In this document: positions 33,361 to 43,773 of the stretch, in pieces | Layout: every line of letters starts with the position of its first letter | Numbering within the stretch: position 1 is the first letter of the stretch | Origin: a virus | Taxonomy: Duplodnaviria; Heunggongvirae; Uroviricota; Caudoviricetes | Virus record (IMG/VR): IMGVR_UViG_2740892230_000016 | DNA length: 64,000 bases | Reading direction: 5' to 3' (one strand) | Translations under genes and position numbers: made by a program | The notes under the pieces: generated by a model | What the model was told of the DNA's origin: nothing | Databases searched by the model: none | What the model saw: the letters and a program-made list of their open reading frames with translations, nothing else

Positions 33361-34134
33361 TCAGATATCGGCCTTATTCGGAATTTTATCAGCCACCAGC
33401 TGCAATAAAGCCTTCGCCATTTCATGAACCAACATGGCATCAATGACGCCTAGCGTATGGCCCGGCTTAATCTTTAATGCGGCCTCAAGATAGCCTCTTT
33501 CCAGAGTGGTTTTTACGCTTTTCTTGGGCGATTGTTGGGAACTATCCGGAAAATCCGGATGGTTGCCAGCCACATAAGCTACCCGCAACCAGTGCATGAA
33601 TGTTTCCGCAGACACACAACCGCAGTCCACATCGATTTTCCCGCGTTGCTGTTCCAGCCATTGCTCAAAATCTAACTTGTAAGCCTTACTTTCAGGTTCA
33701 TCACCATTGAACTCGACTTTCTGCGACGCTATGAGAGCAGCTTCGTATTGTTCGCGAGTGACAACTGACTGGTATTCATCGCTATCAAGGTCACCGATTG
33801 GAAGCTCAATCTCACAACAAAAATTGCGCCCAAAGAAAGTGTCTTTTTTGTGGTCCGAGCCAAAAGCAAAAGTCGCGCATGGCGCCATTAAATTGGCACT
33901 GAGCAGGCGACAATCGATCATACCATCAGGCCACCCGCCGCACTTGGGCAGCTCCTTCACTAACAAGTCGATAAGCTTCATTTTTTTATCATCTTTGCAA
34001 GCCGCCAAAGCCATTTGGGCAAGTGCCAATACTTCATCTGCCGTATATCCAGCACCGTGACCATACATTTCGATACGGGCGATAATCTCTGATATGCGTT
34101 CTTTAGTGATTCTTGTCATTTCTTTTTGCGCCAT
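33361..34134 (-). CDS. hypothetical protein (257 aa)
   Basis: ORF only; no recognisable motif. Confidence 0.4.
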   Translation of the reverse strand: MAQKEMTRITKERISEIIARIEMYGHGAGYTADEVLALAQMALAACKDDKKMKLIDLLVKELPKCGGWPDGMIDCRLLSANLMAPCATFAFGSDHKKDTFFGRNFCCEIELPIGDLDSDEYQSVVTREQYEAALIASQKVEFNGDEPESKAYKLDFEQWLEQQRGKIDVDCGCVSAETFMHWLRVAYVAGNHPDFPDSSQQSPKKSVKTTLERGYLEAALKIKPGHTLGVIDAMLVHEMAKALLQLVADKIPNKADI

Positions 34135-34490
34135 TTCTTTTCACATTCCTTAGTCCATTTTTCAATGTTCATTTTGGCAATATCAGTCATTCCATCACCT
34201 AAGAAATACTTTTTCCGGTATGCCTTGCACTTAAACCACACTACAACAGCCACCAGCCAGAAAATAAAAGGCCATACAGCAATACCAACGACAGCCGCGA
34301 TAAAGCCCAATAGCCATAAATGAAGCTCTCCAACTTCTGTTTCCGGCAATATTCTTAAAGAATTAAACAGCAGGCTGAACGAATGGTCGTATGCATTGGC
34401 AGTATAAGACATGCAATCCATATAATTAAAGTCATAGCCTGCGGCTGCCGCCCATAATGGGCGGTCAAGAAAATGTTTTAGTGTCATCAT
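34116..34490 (-). CDS. hypothetical membrane protein (124 aa)
   Basis: Hydrophobic stretch WLLGFIAAVVGIAVWPFIFWLVAVVVW; AT-rich codon usage. Confidence 0.4.
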   Translation of the reverse strand: MMTLKHFLDRPLWAAAAGYDFNYMDCMSYTANAYDHSFSLLFNSLRILPETEVGELHLWLLGFIAAVVGIAVWPFIFWLVAVVVWFKCKAYRKKYFLGDGMTDIAKMNIEKWTKECEKKWRKKK

Positions 34491-34496
34491 ATAAAT

Positions 34497-34877
34497 TTAA
34501 GGTTCAGACCAGTTATCTTCAATAGCAATGCTTAATCTTTGTAGCCATTCTGCTAATTTCAGCATTGCTTCTCTTTCGCTTAAACCACGAGGAAAATCAT
34601 CAAGTGAAATTGTTGGCTTGAATCCCCCGTAATTATCCATTTCAACTGTCAGATTTTGTTCCAGCACGGTATTTCTTACGCGACTATTGTGCCGGAGCAA
34701 ATATACTGAGCGTGATTTATTGGTTTTGTGGTCTAGCTTATATTCGGTAAGTATCATCTGGCTTTTGCCATGACTATTACCTCTCCACATACTTACCTCA
34801 CTTAATAAAACAACTCCATACGTAGTTGATGATTTTTTCCCACGTAATATAAATATGCACTCCAGCAGAAAAACCAA
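34497..34877 (-). CDS. hypothetical protein (up to 126 aa; likely shorter)
   Basis: ORF in AT-rich segment; N-terminus of ORF-track model looks non-coding, internal ATG plausible. Confidence 0.3.
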   Translation of the reverse strand: MVFLLECIFILRGKKSSTTYGVVLLSEVSMWRGNSHGKSQMILTEYKLDHKTNKSRSVYLLRHNSRVRNTVLEQNLTVEMDNYGGFKPTISLDDFPRGLSEREAMLKLAEWLQRLSIAIEDNWSEP

Positions 34878-34968
34878 AACCTACAATTACTGAAAAAATC
34901 AAAACATTTACTTTTGACATTATAAAATTTCTCTCGTTGCCGTAGGTGATAGCACCATAATTGCTAAT

Positions 34969-35220
34969 TTAGTGAGTTAGCAGTTCCATTTTTTGGATGA
35001 TTTCCGCATGAGCATCATCGTTGTCAACACTTAACTCGTTTAATGCCTCTCGCACTACATCAACTTCTTCTGGTTGGAAGAAGTCATCTCGGTAGTCACC
35101 AAATAGAACCGAAACAAGCCTGCCACCAGCAACATCAAGATTGGCGCTAACAGGTGGCTCTTTACCATCCTCAAATTCGACTACAAAAGTTAATTTCCCC
35201 ATCGTTACCACCAGCGACAA
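34969..35220 (-). CDS. hypothetical protein (83 aa)
   Basis: ORF only. Confidence 0.3.
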   Translation of the reverse strand: MSLVVTMGKLTFVVEFEDGKEPPVSANLDVAGGRLVSVLFGDYRDDFFQPEEVDVVREALNELSVDNDDAHAEIIQKMELLTH

Positions 35221-35284
35221 ATTGAATACAAACCCAGTGCTGCCGCCATCACAATTCCTACCGTTGCGAATGCTTCAGGCCAGC

Positions 35285-36475
35285 TCATTGACCTGCCTCC
35301 TGGGGAGGTTCTGGTAGCAGCATCCAGAACAAGGCGTTCCCTAACCACGATAAAGTGCCGTCGCTCAACTCCACGTATTCCCCTTGCACCTGTCCTGCCA
35401 TATACTCACCGTGCTTTGAATAAATTAAAATCCAATCATCTTGAGCGGGCATTCGCTCACTACAGCTTATCCAACCATCCGGAGTTACCGGAGAATTGCC
35501 ATTTACCAAGTCAGCTCGAACATATAGCGTGTCATCATGGTGCTGATTGTGGCTGCACCACGTTAATTCGCTTAACTCGCCATCTTCTGGCCATACTCCA
35601 GCTGTTTGCAGCCAGATATGGGCTGGCGCATCCTGGCAAGGTGTATTAACTGGAAACTTGTAAGTTTGGCTTACAGGTTGGCTACCCTGAAGCATGGCAG
35701 CGTGGCAGGCATACTCAACGCCCTTAACTGCATCTGCGCAGTAGTTATAGCGATTGCATTCCACTAATTTCCGTTTGAGTTTTTCAATTGCCTGCGCGAC
35801 ATCAGCCTGTATTACAGGAACTGGCGGAACGGCTGTTTGCTCTCGAACGTCATTAGTCGCTATCGGTTCTGCTGCCAACTGACTGGCATATTTGTTAATG
35901 GTAACGATAAGCTCTTGCTCAGCCTCATCCAGACAATCACCGATACCTCGCCTGTCACCGTCAAAATCATCGAAATCGGCACGAATCTTGGCAACCTTCA
36001 GGATTGCGGACAACACCTCACTAGGAATTACCGGATAGTTGGTTGACGTTTCCGCGATTTCCCGAAAATTATTGGTTGACGAATTCTTGTTTTCCCGAAA
36101 GTTTCCGGACTGAAGCATGGCGGCGCGGCAGGCGTTCCAGCCATCTGCGTAACAATCTCTGTGTGTCTTGAAATATGTCACCGCCCTTGGTACATCGTTT
36201 ACGTCTATTTCATCCGGCACAACCGGCGCAGGTGAGTCAGCATAAACAGGAATAACGTCCGGTTGCTCTTTATTGCTTTCATCCGTTAAAGCCCAGAATA
36301 ATTTCCCGGCCGGATGTTTGAAAATATAAGCAACTGGTTCTGCTTCCAGTGATGCCAGCGCAATTTTGTATACTTCCAGATCCATTTGTGCAGTTACTAA
36401 ATCAGGATAACGATCCATAACCGTTATATTGCGCTTAATTATCTCTATTAATTGTTCTTTAGTAAAAGTGGTCAT
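35285..36475 (-). CDS. DUF551-like prophage early-region protein (396 aa)
   Basis: C-terminal W-rich segment ending WMLLPEPP resembles DUF551 proteins of lambdoid prophages (from memory). Confidence 0.45.
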   Translation of the reverse strand: MTTFTKEQLIEIIKRNITVMDRYPDLVTAQMDLEVYKIALASLEAEPVAYIFKHPAGKLFWALTDESNKEQPDVIPVYADSPAPVVPDEIDVNDVPRAVTYFKTHRDCYADGWNACRAAMLQSGNFRENKNSSTNNFREIAETSTNYPVIPSEVLSAILKVAKIRADFDDFDGDRRGIGDCLDEAEQELIVTINKYASQLAAEPIATNDVREQTAVPPVPVIQADVAQAIEKLKRKLVECNRYNYCADAVKGVEYACHAAMLQGSQPVSQTYKFPVNTPCQDAPAHIWLQTAGVWPEDGELSELTWCSHNQHHDDTLYVRADLVNGNSPVTPDGWISCSERMPAQDDWILIYSKHGEYMAGQVQGEYVELSDGTLSWLGNALFWMLLPEPPQEAGQ

Positions 36476-36485
36476 TCGTTATGCC

Positions 36486-36683
36486 TCAATACACAAAATC
36501 TGTTTTAAATTCATGGTTACATTCTGGGCAGCATGTTTCGTAACCTTTTATTTCTTCACATGCCTGTTTTGCTCCAGAAAATTCCCAGAAATCAGCATCG
36601 CAAAGCAGATCGAAATTGTGGCCGCATTTGGGACATTCGGTATCAAGTGAAAGACTCCAGTAAGCAGTGGTGTTTTTATCCAT
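36486..36683 (-). CDS. small zinc-ribbon protein
   Basis: CPKCGH...CCPECNH paired cysteine motifs. Confidence 0.4.
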   Translation of the reverse strand: MDKNTTAYWSLSLDTECPKCGHNFDLLCDADFWEFSGAKQACEEIKGYETCCPECNHEFKTDFVY

Positions 36684-36684
36684 A

Positions 36685-36906
36685 TCACTCTCCTTTACCC
36701 GCTGCTTTCGCCTGCTCTTTAGCAAGTCGCTCCGCTTCTCTGAAATCCCAATCCACTCGATGTGCTATATCAATTGCAGAACGCACGGTCCGTTCAATTA
36801 GCGTGTCCAGATTATCAATTGTCATTGCCATATCTGGATTGCGAGATAAAATCTCCGCCCTCTGAATCTGCCAGTTGTTGCAGGTTTCAAGTAATGAGTT
36901 AGCCAT
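36685..36906 (-). CDS. hypothetical protein
   Basis: ORF, internal ATG start assumed to avoid overlap. Confidence 0.3.
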   Translation of the reverse strand: MANSLLETCNNWQIQRAEILSRNPDMAMTIDNLDTLIERTVRSAIDIAHRVDWDFREAERLAKEQAKAAGKGE

Positions 36907-36907
36907 A

Positions 36908-37639
36908 TCACTCTCCTTTGATGCGAATGCCAGCGGCGCGGGGCACATTAACTTCCACGATGCGCACAGTTGGTTTGTACATCTCAATCGCAGTCAGCCA
37001 GTCAGCGCCAGTCATGCGCTTTTCTGCATCGCCATTAGTCCACTTAACCGGTACACCAATAGCCTTCATCGCGATTTCTATTTCCCCGGCAATGGCGCTT
37101 TTTCCGCAACCAGTAAAACCAGAAACAACGACAAGAACTTCACCTTTGGCTGGTTTTATTTCCCGTGCTTCCAGTTCTGCTATGCGCTTACTTCCATCCG
37201 AGATAACACCTTCGTAATACTCACGCTGCTCGTTGAGTTTTGATTTTGCTTCCTCAAGCTCAACTCTCAGCTTCCCTACCGTTAGCGCAATATCCTCGTT
37301 CTCCTGGTCACGGCGTTTGATGTATTGCTGGTTTCTTTCCAGCTCATCCAGCAGCGCCAAGACGGTAGCCGGATTGGCTGCGGCGATGAATTCAGCATTG
37401 GCCTGCTGTTCCATTTGGAAATCTTCATCGAAACCGCTTTCAGGATGCGCTCCTTCAATTCTGCAAATGGGAATATATCCAGCAGCCTCGCGATGAATTA
37501 GTGCATCATCACCATCAAATCGGCTCTCTCCATATTCGAGAGACCACTCACCACACGTTGCTTTTTCTGCCTTTTCACGCAGTACCTGATAGTCAATCTT
37601 GCTCACTGGTTTCCTCCTTTGCGAATCTGTTCCGCCCAT
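36908..37639 (-). CDS. Ea22-like protein with C-terminal mini P-loop (243 aa)
   Basis: N-terminus IDYQVLREKAEK shared with the next gene; Walker A-like GFTGCGKS near C-terminus. Confidence 0.4.
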   Translation of the reverse strand: MGGTDSQRRKPVSKIDYQVLREKAEKATCGEWSLEYGESRFDGDDALIHREAAGYIPICRIEGAHPESGFDEDFQMEQQANAEFIAAANPATVLALLDELERNQQYIKRRDQENEDIALTVGKLRVELEEAKSKLNEQREYYEGVISDGSKRIAELEAREIKPAKGEVLVVVSGFTGCGKSAIAGEIEIAMKAIGVPVKWTNGDAEKRMTGADWLTAIEMYKPTVRIVEVNVPRAAGIRIKGE

Positions 37640-38310
37640 TCTTCAAGGGATTTCTCCGCATATTCACCAGACAGGCCATCAATCGGATGCGCTTCATTAG
37701 CCAACTCTTCTTTCGCTGACAAAATCATGCGTGTAACGTCGAAAACTTCACGCAAAGACTTATTGATAAATCCGTGATTGAAAGCAGCAGCAAGACGGCT
37801 TGCGGTATAGTNNNNNNNNNNACCCTCGTTGCGAGCCGCCGCACGAATTTCAGCCAGGAAAGCGTCGGTGGCTGGGGTTTCCGTGAAGTTGTCCTCCCAA
37901 CCGTAGTACTCCTGACGACAGAAGTTATTAAATTCCTTCTCCGACTGTTTAAGCTCCGCATTCTCTGCCGCCAGCACCGAAAACTTCTCGTGTGCCAACT
38001 TAACAGCCGCATCAGCCTGCTTAATTGACTCAATCGCTTTCTGTTGGTCTTCGGCCAGCTTCGCTAAATTAGCCTCCAGTTCGGCTATGCGTTCGTTTAA
38101 TGCATCTCGTTCATCCAGTAGTGACAGCACGGTTTCTGGCCCGGCCATAATTTTAAAGGCGTGAATCGCATCAATATCAATACCAAGCTCCTTGAGCTTC
38201 TTTTCGCTTAATAAATCATCATCACCTGGTAATATTGACAGATGTGTCATCGCTGTAATTGCGCGTTCCGACACGTCACGCAATACCTGATAGTCAATTT
38301 CGGTTGTCAT
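37603..38310 (-). CDS. Ea22-like coiled-coil protein (235 aa, contains N10 gap)
   Basis: Paralogous N-terminus IDYQVLRDVSERA; heptad-like helical middle; N run at 37812-37821 inside ORF. Confidence 0.4.
   Translation of the reverse strand: MTTEIDYQVLRDVSERAITAMTHLSILPGDDDLLSEKKLKELGIDIDAIHAFKIMAGPETVLSLLDERDALNERIAELEANLAKLAEDQQKAIESIKQADAAVKLAHEKFSVLAAENAELKQSEKEFNNFCRQEYYGWEDNFTETPATDAFLAEIRAAARNEGXXXXYTASRLAAAFNHGFINKSLREVFDVTRMILSAKEELANEAHPIDGLSGEYAEKSLEEWAEQIRKGGNQ
37812..37821. other. N10 scaffold gap
   Basis: Run of ten N inside an Ea22-like ORF. Confidence 0.95.
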
Positions 38311-38460
38311 ATTTTCGTCTCGTTATGGGAGGGGAATTGGTTGTAAGCTGGAATTGCCGGATGTTTACCCGTGTCCGGCGCACGACCTCACGTTGCAGCG
38401 TACGAGAATAGACTATTGCTCAGTATCGTTTGATGTCGGCTGAGGACATTCGCCTTGCTC

Positions 38461-38856
38461 TCACAACAGAGCAAGAAGCATGGACACCCCCTCACGATGT
38501 GATGATTGGTGAGTGTCGATCCCTGAATGATTGATGTTGTTAAACTCAAACATCTTGCTCCTGGCAATAGCCTCAACGGTATTCCAGAATACTAATAGTT
38601 CTGTTTTCTGCTCTGTTTTATCAGCAACAGGAAGTTTGATATGTTGTTGACATTTATTAATGCAACCATTTTGAATATGTTCCTCGTGCTTTTCATTGTC
38701 ATAAGCATACAGCCCGACAAAAACATCTCGCACGTTACGGGAAATATTTTCCAGATTCGTCTTTGGTTCCTTTATTAAATTAAGCACCGATAAATGGGCT
38801 TTAAGCGTATCCGCAGCTATTTTCTGAATATCCGCTGGTAAATCTTTAAATTGCAT
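38461..38856 (-). CDS. hypothetical protein (131 aa)
   Basis: ORF, AT-rich. Confidence 0.3.
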   Translation of the reverse strand: MQFKDLPADIQKIAADTLKAHLSVLNLIKEPKTNLENISRNVRDVFVGLYAYDNEKHEEHIQNGCINKCQQHIKLPVADKTEQKTELLVFWNTVEAIARSKMFEFNNINHSGIDTHQSSHREGVSMLLALL

Positions 38857-38932
38857 AGTATACCCTCCAAGAACTGTGTATTTTCTCGTGAAATATGAGC
38901 GATATGTCGTGACGTCCCTGTCACAGATTTCA

Positions 38933-39754
38933 TCACACTGAGAACGTGCCGATGAAGGTTAAGATATCTTCTTCTTCGAAACGCTCTTTCAGCAGGTCAC
39001 GGAACTCTTTGGCAATTTCTTCTTCCGCAGCTTCAACACGCACGATACGTAGCACCAGAACAGGCTGTTCGCTTGTCAGAATGCTTAATCGCAGCGTGAA
39101 TTCCCTGTTGCCCAGGCCCTCGTATGGGATGCATTCAAAGCGGAAAGTGGCAGGCATGATTTCTTTGCTTTTAGCCTCCACGGACTCCATGACTGAGCGG
39201 CTACCGCTGAAGTTTTGCTCTTCATATTCAGCACTGCGTTTTGCATCGATGGTAAGACGACGGACAGCAGAGATAGCCTGTTTGATATCCAGCACATTAC
39301 CGTCGCTGTCATAGGCTGTGAGGAAGTCGGCCCAGTCTTCCAGCCATTCAGCGAGAGATTTCTGGAGTTGTTTTTTGCCGTCAACGTCACGCAATGCGCG
39401 ATATGGTGATGTGGCTTTCAGTTCCAGCAGTGCCTTGTTGTCAGCGTGTCCAGGTTGCTCCAGAGTGCCGATATTGAACACAGTGACTGCTTTCATCGTT
39501 TCCGCGTTAATGAAGCAGCGGGAGTGCTCATCGGCATACCCTTTGCTGTATTCAACAAAGTCATCAATACTGGTTGTGGTCATGACTCCACGGAAACGAA
39601 AACGTTCTGTCATGAATCGTTCCAGACTTTCGATATTTACATTGTCCGGCAATAACGCAACAGGGCATTCCGTAAGCGGCAAATTTTCACCAGAAAAAGC
39701 AGTAGTGGTGAGTTTTACAATTTCTTTAATGGCATTGCTATCTAACTGAGACAT
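38933..39754 (-). CDS. YfdQ-like (DUF2303-like) prophage protein (273 aa)
   Basis: Size and context resemble yfdQ-family genes of E. coli lambdoid prophages; assignment from memory only. Confidence 0.35.
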   Translation of the reverse strand: MSQLDSNAIKEIVKLTTTAFSGENLPLTECPVALLPDNVNIESLERFMTERFRFRGVMTTTSIDDFVEYSKGYADEHSRCFINAETMKAVTVFNIGTLEQPGHADNKALLELKATSPYRALRDVDGKKQLQKSLAEWLEDWADFLTAYDSDGNVLDIKQAISAVRRLTIDAKRSAEYEEQNFSGSRSVMESVEAKSKEIMPATFRFECIPYEGLGNREFTLRLSILTSEQPVLVLRIVRVEAAEEEIAKEFRDLLKERFEEEDILTFIGTFSV

Positions 39755-39817
39755 GTATATTTACCTTTAATTTATGTATTTAGGGATAATGCGCGAGCGT
39801 TTTAAGGCGGGGAATAT

Positions 39818-40165
39818 TCAGCGTAAAACAGCGTCATGTTGGCCCTGTTTATCAAAAAGCTGTCCCTGGTCTTTCTGGAACAAAGTAAGCTCACCACCTT
39901 TATTTACAAACATCGGGGTGTTAGTTGTGTCTTCTTCTGATTTACTACCACGCATTGTCGGGCGTGTGAATTTTAGTTTATGGGAAACTGATACGCGATT
40001 TTCATCAAGTGAAGATAATTCGAATTCAACACATACCTTTCCTTTTTTGTTTGTGCTGTTTACGCCAAAGGCAACTTCACTTAATACCGCGCCAAGTTTG
40101 TTAACAAATACCCCGCCGTCGAGGTCGTTAATGAAAACATTAACATCAGTTTGATGCTGGTTCAT
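39818..40165 (-). CDS. hypothetical protein (115 aa)
   Basis: ORF only. Confidence 0.3.
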   Translation of the reverse strand: MNQHQTDVNVFINDLDGGVFVNKLGAVLSEVAFGVNSTNKKGKVCVEFELSSLDENRVSVSHKLKFTRPTMRGSKSEEDTTNTPMFVNKGGELTLFQKDQGQLFDKQGQHDAVLR

Positions 40166-40239
40166 ATTAATATCTCCGTGTAGAGGTGTGTTAAGGCTTC
40201 AGTTGTTCACTGCATTTAAAGCCTGGTTTTGTTTGTGAA

Positions 40240-40827
40240 TTAAAAACTATCGCTGCCGTACTGCCAGTAACCTGGGTCGTCCGTGTGATTCGGGTTTACG
40301 TTTTTGCTGCGATTGTCTTTGTCTTTGAGAGTGGAAACCATATTTGCTACCGTTTCTGGTTTCTTTCCTTCAGCTTTTTCTTTCAGTGTCTGCCCTGTTT
40401 CTGCAATGAATGGAATGCGGATTTCCATCTGGTAACCGTCTGCGCCAGTCTTTCTGTTTGTGGTTAATACTTTCTGGAGGACGAGTCCGATTTTCTTTCC
40501 GTGAAACTCAGGTGCAACATATTTACTGACGGAAACCATATGTTGCGTTAACTGCCCAATTCCTGTGCATCCCATCATGGCGTGAATAATGCTCGCCCCA
40601 AATTTATTTTCAGTACCGTCATTCTTCTGAACACAAACACTGAGATATTGGATTTTCCGTCCGTCGTCGGATTCTCCAGAAAACTCAATGAATCGGGCAC
40701 CTTTTTCTGATTGCTTGAGTTCTGCTTCGGTGATGTTAATGATATGCGCACCCGTTTCGGTAATAAAACTACCTTGTCCGGCGGTCAGTGCTGATTCTTC
40801 GTTATAAGTAAAAATCACTTCATCCAT
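40240..40827 (-). CDS. hypothetical protein (195 aa), possible ssDNA-binding accessory of the recombination module
   Basis: Immediately downstream of and overlapping the exonuclease gene; acidic aromatic C-terminus DDPGYWQYGSDSF. Confidence 0.3.
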   Translation of the reverse strand: MDEVIFTYNEESALTAGQGSFITETGAHIINITEAELKQSEKGARFIEFSGESDDGRKIQYLSVCVQKNDGTENKFGASIIHAMMGCTGIGQLTQHMVSVSKYVAPEFHGKKIGLVLQKVLTTNRKTGADGYQMEIRIPFIAETGQTLKEKAEGKKPETVANMVSTLKDKDNRSKNVNPNHTDDPGYWQYGSDSF

Positions 40828-41516
40828 TAGTTATTAACCCCCCATTGTTCTCCAAATACAAAACCAATTTCCGCCAGTGCTTCGTCCATTTTGTCGATGA
40901 ACTCCGGCACCATCTCATCAAAACTCGCCATGTACTTTTCATCCCGCTCGACCACGACATAATGCAGGCCTTCACGCTTCATGCGTGGGTCGTAGTTGGC
41001 GAAGTACCAGGCGTCCTTGTCTGTAACCCACATGCTGAATTGCACCTGGGCCATGTAAGCAGGCTTGATAGCGTCAAAGCCGCCAAGCCGGAATTTCATG
41101 AAGTCGCGGGAAGTAAAAGGGCATTTAAGCTCAAGACCGTTACCGTCGCTGCATAAACCGTCGGGAGAGCAGGCGGTGCGCATGCTTTCGTCACGAAAAA
41201 TTATTGGCGTTTCCGAGACGGTAACATCCGCGATAAATTCGAAGAGGGCACGGGCATCATCTTCGTATTGCTTTCCCCATGCGAGCGACTTAGCGTTAAC
41301 TTCCGGTGCCACGCCAGTACAAACTTCAGCCAGCAGGGTGTGGAAGTATGACATTTTTGTATCAGGCCATTTGCTGCCGGAACGTGGCTTTGCTATCACA
41401 TTGTGAACTTCTGAAGCAGTGATAACACCGAGTCTCAGCTTGTGCCATCCATCATCGCCCTGGTCGAGGCTGGTAATATCCACGCCAGTTCGCTGGAGAA
41501 TAATTTCTGGTGTCAT
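40827..41516 (-). CDS. YqaJ-like recombination exonuclease
   Basis: 229-aa product, lambda-exonuclease/YqaJ-like; start overlaps recT stop. Confidence 0.7.
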   Translation of the reverse strand: MTPEIILQRTGVDITSLDQGDDGWHKLRLGVITASEVHNVIAKPRSGSKWPDTKMSYFHTLLAEVCTGVAPEVNAKSLAWGKQYEDDARALFEFIADVTVSETPIIFRDESMRTACSPDGLCSDGNGLELKCPFTSRDFMKFRLGGFDAIKPAYMAQVQFSMWVTDKDAWYFANYDPRMKREGLHYVVVERDEKYMASFDEMVPEFIDKMDEALAEIGFVFGEQWGVNN

Positions 41517-42463
41517 GACACGGCCTCGCTGTTATTTTCCGTGGTGGCGTGAATTTTCGCTTCCGCCGTGGCCTTGTTTCTGGCAGCTTTCTTTTTGACA
41601 AAATCAAGCGTTTTGACAGCTTCTTCCTGACTGAGATATTCATGTGATGCAATCGTGCGACGGAATGTTTTGGAACATAAGGGAAGCAGGTCATCCCATG
41701 TCTTGTTAATTTCGGTGATTGCCTGAGTGATCTCATTGATAATCTCATCTGATGCGGGAGTGACGTCACGCTCAGGGATGTGATCAGCATTCAGGATGAT
41801 ACCTTCACCGCCCTGAGTGTTCAGGTAGTCGATAGCTGTATCCAGGCGATCGCGACGGGGCCAGTATTTGCTGGCGCGCTTAACAATGGCTTTTCTGGCC
41901 ATTTCATCGGGGAAACTATCCCACGGGCTACTTCCTCCGTTATTTCCGGCTTTGCTGCACGCCCTGATGACCTCGATTTCCCTGTTGCTCATCTCTTCGG
42001 TCAGATAGTCGCCTTCGGATGTTTTTACGACACAATAACCGCCAATGCGTGCGCCCCTGTCTACGAAGGGGTTGTATTTGTGCGTGGGGGCGCAGTCAAT
42101 ACCGTTGGACTCGTAAATGTCCTTCTCGTAAACAAGTTTGCATTGCCCCCACTGAATGGCTCCTGTGACCTGTGCCAGATGCAGAAGCCCCATATAACTG
42201 ATATCCAGGCATACAGCCTTTTTTCGTGGGACCAGATACGCCAGCTTGCTGGCCGGGTTCAGGGTTATGCCGATGGCGGCAACATTGATGATAGCGTTCT
42301 GTGCGCTGGGCAGATTTGCCCTTGCTGTGTCAGCCAGAAAGGCATTTTTCTGGAATTGCTGAATTGCAAACTGACTTTCCTTCGCCCATGTCAGCGTCGG
42401 TTCAGTTAATGCCTCGCAGAAAAAGCGCTCCTGCTGCTTAACAAATTCAACGATATCGAACAT
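41513..42463 (-). CDS. recT: RecT-family single-strand annealing protein
   Basis: RecT-like product paired with YqaJ-like exonuclease; probable ATG start at 42463 (ORF track 42532 alternative start). Confidence 0.75.
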   Translation of the reverse strand: MFDIVEFVKQQERFFCEALTEPTLTWAKESQFAIQQFQKNAFLADTARANLPSAQNAIINVAAIGITLNPASKLAYLVPRKKAVCLDISYMGLLHLAQVTGAIQWGQCKLVYEKDIYESNGIDCAPTHKYNPFVDRGARIGGYCVVKTSEGDYLTEEMSNREIEVIRACSKAGNNGGSSPWDSFPDEMARKAIVKRASKYWPRRDRLDTAIDYLNTQGGEGIILNADHIPERDVTPASDEIINEITQAITEINKTWDDLLPLCSKTFRRTIASHEYLSQEEAVKTLDFVKKKAARNKATAEAKIHATTENNSEAVS

Positions 42464-42479
42464 TTTTTGGTCCTGAAAA

Positions 42480-42761
42480 TCAGAAAGGACAGGGGGAGAA
42501 TTTTCTCTCCCATTCTTCTTCCGCCCGAGCATAGGCGATCGCTGAGATATAATCGTTGTACGCCTCTTCAGCTTTTTCGCCAGTGAGTGCTAGTTGGGCT
42601 TCTTTGGGTAAAAAAAGGCTGCTCATAAGCAATGGTTTATCGGGGAACATGCTGATAAGCTCCTGCGCCCGATCATCAATCCATTTATCCTTTTCATCCT
42701 GAATTTGCTGATTAATCCAGCGACGCTCCTCTATGCGGTCGCAGGTGAGGTATGCGTTCAT
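42480..42761 (-). CDS. hypothetical protein (93 aa)
   Basis: ORF only. Confidence 0.3.
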   Translation of the reverse strand: MNAYLTCDRIEERRWINQQIQDEKDKWIDDRAQELISMFPDKPLLMSSLFLPKEAQLALTGEKAEEAYNDYISAIAYARAEEEWERKFSPCPF

Positions 42762-42781
42762 GGCGGAACTCCTGATTCCGG

Positions 42782-43063
42782 TTAATGCATTAAATTAATT
42801 TGTCGGGAAAGCTGACATACAGGGCAGTTACATTCTTCCTCCTGCTCCTTAGCGAAGAAATATGCAGCGGCCTGTAATGCGATATCTTCTGGATGTTCCG
42901 CGATAAACATAACATTGCCTTCCGTATCAATAACAGAAATAGCCTCATCAGACAGGACGACAAAATAGGCGATGATTTTATCATCCATAAAAACTTCTCC
43001 CATTATCGTTCCTGCTGGAGTTACGACGCTTTTTACATTGATATTTATTTTTTGATTGAGCAT
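42782..43063 (-). CDS. hypothetical protein (93 aa) with CxxC motif
   Basis: ORF; C-terminal CNCPVCQ. Confidence 0.3.
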   Translation of the reverse strand: MLNQKININVKSVVTPAGTIMGEVFMDDKIIAYFVVLSDEAISVIDTEGNVMFIAEHPEDIALQAAAYFFAKEQEEECNCPVCQLSRQINLMH

Positions 43064-43074
43064 GATATTTCCCT

Positions 43075-43287
43075 TCAGGCTGGTGAGATTAACGGTTGGC
43101 CTTTATTGTTCAGGTAAACTTCTATTGCATCTGAGATAATGCGAATTTTTTCAATCAGTGAATGTGCGTAAAGTGCATTATTAACGTTCGCTGACGCCAT
43201 GTAATAACGCCCGTTGTAAAGAATTGCTGTGCCGGGTTTAACGTCCTCGCGAGAAACTAATGCGGTTCCGTAGTGAGGTTTGAGCAT
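43075..43287 (-). CDS. hypothetical protein (70 aa)
   Basis: ORF only. Confidence 0.3.
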   Translation of the reverse strand: MLKPHYGTALVSREDVKPGTAILYNGRYYMASANVNNALYAHSLIEKIRIISDAIEVYLNNKGQPLISPA

Positions 43288-43458
43288 GACAAATCCTCCG
43301 GTTAATTAATCCAGATATTTAATTTAATCCCCGATATGTGGTCGGGGATGGGGTTAATTAAAGATTTACGTTGAAACCAAAGCGGGAAGACTTTTCTGAT
43401 GTACGGGAAATATCCAGCAATTTACGGCGCATTTCTTCCGTCAGATGCTTGAAGGCGT

Positions 43459-43468
43459 NNNNNNNNNN
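43459..43468. other. N10 scaffold gap flanked by duplicated rha 3' end
   Basis: 40 bp upstream of gap repeats sequence at about 44090-44127. Confidence 0.9.
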
Positions 43469-43773
43469 CGATCGGTTTCGAGCATTTTTGCGTGACGGGC
43501 TGCGCCGCGTTCTGTCCAGAGGATGAGGGAGCGAACGTTACGGGCGATTTTCACAGAAGGTCTTAAAGACATGCTGTGCTTAAATTCCCGCAACTCCTCA
43601 TTCTCAAGTAAAAAGTAGTGCTTACCGATAACAAATCGTCCAGAATTCCGATTGAAATTTTTTCGGATGTAATCTGGTTCTGTGCCATATAAGCTGGCAA
43701 GAAGCTCTGTAGTCACCACAGGTATATTACTAAATGAAATTATGGAGAGGGACTCCACGGAGATGGTTTTCAT
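43469..43773 (-). CDS. antirepressor N-terminal (KilA-N/ORF6N-like) fragment, 3' end truncated by scaffold gap
   Basis: MKTISVESLSIISFSNIPVVTTELLASLYG...; ORF runs into N10 at 43459-43468; sequence before the gap duplicates the 3' end of the rha gene. Confidence 0.45.

Noticed and set aside
33300-33400. Searched for integrase, att core or IS element at the P1/lambdoid junction
   Set aside because: No tyrosine or serine recombinase, transposase or inverted terminal repeats seen near the junction; only a terminator hairpin
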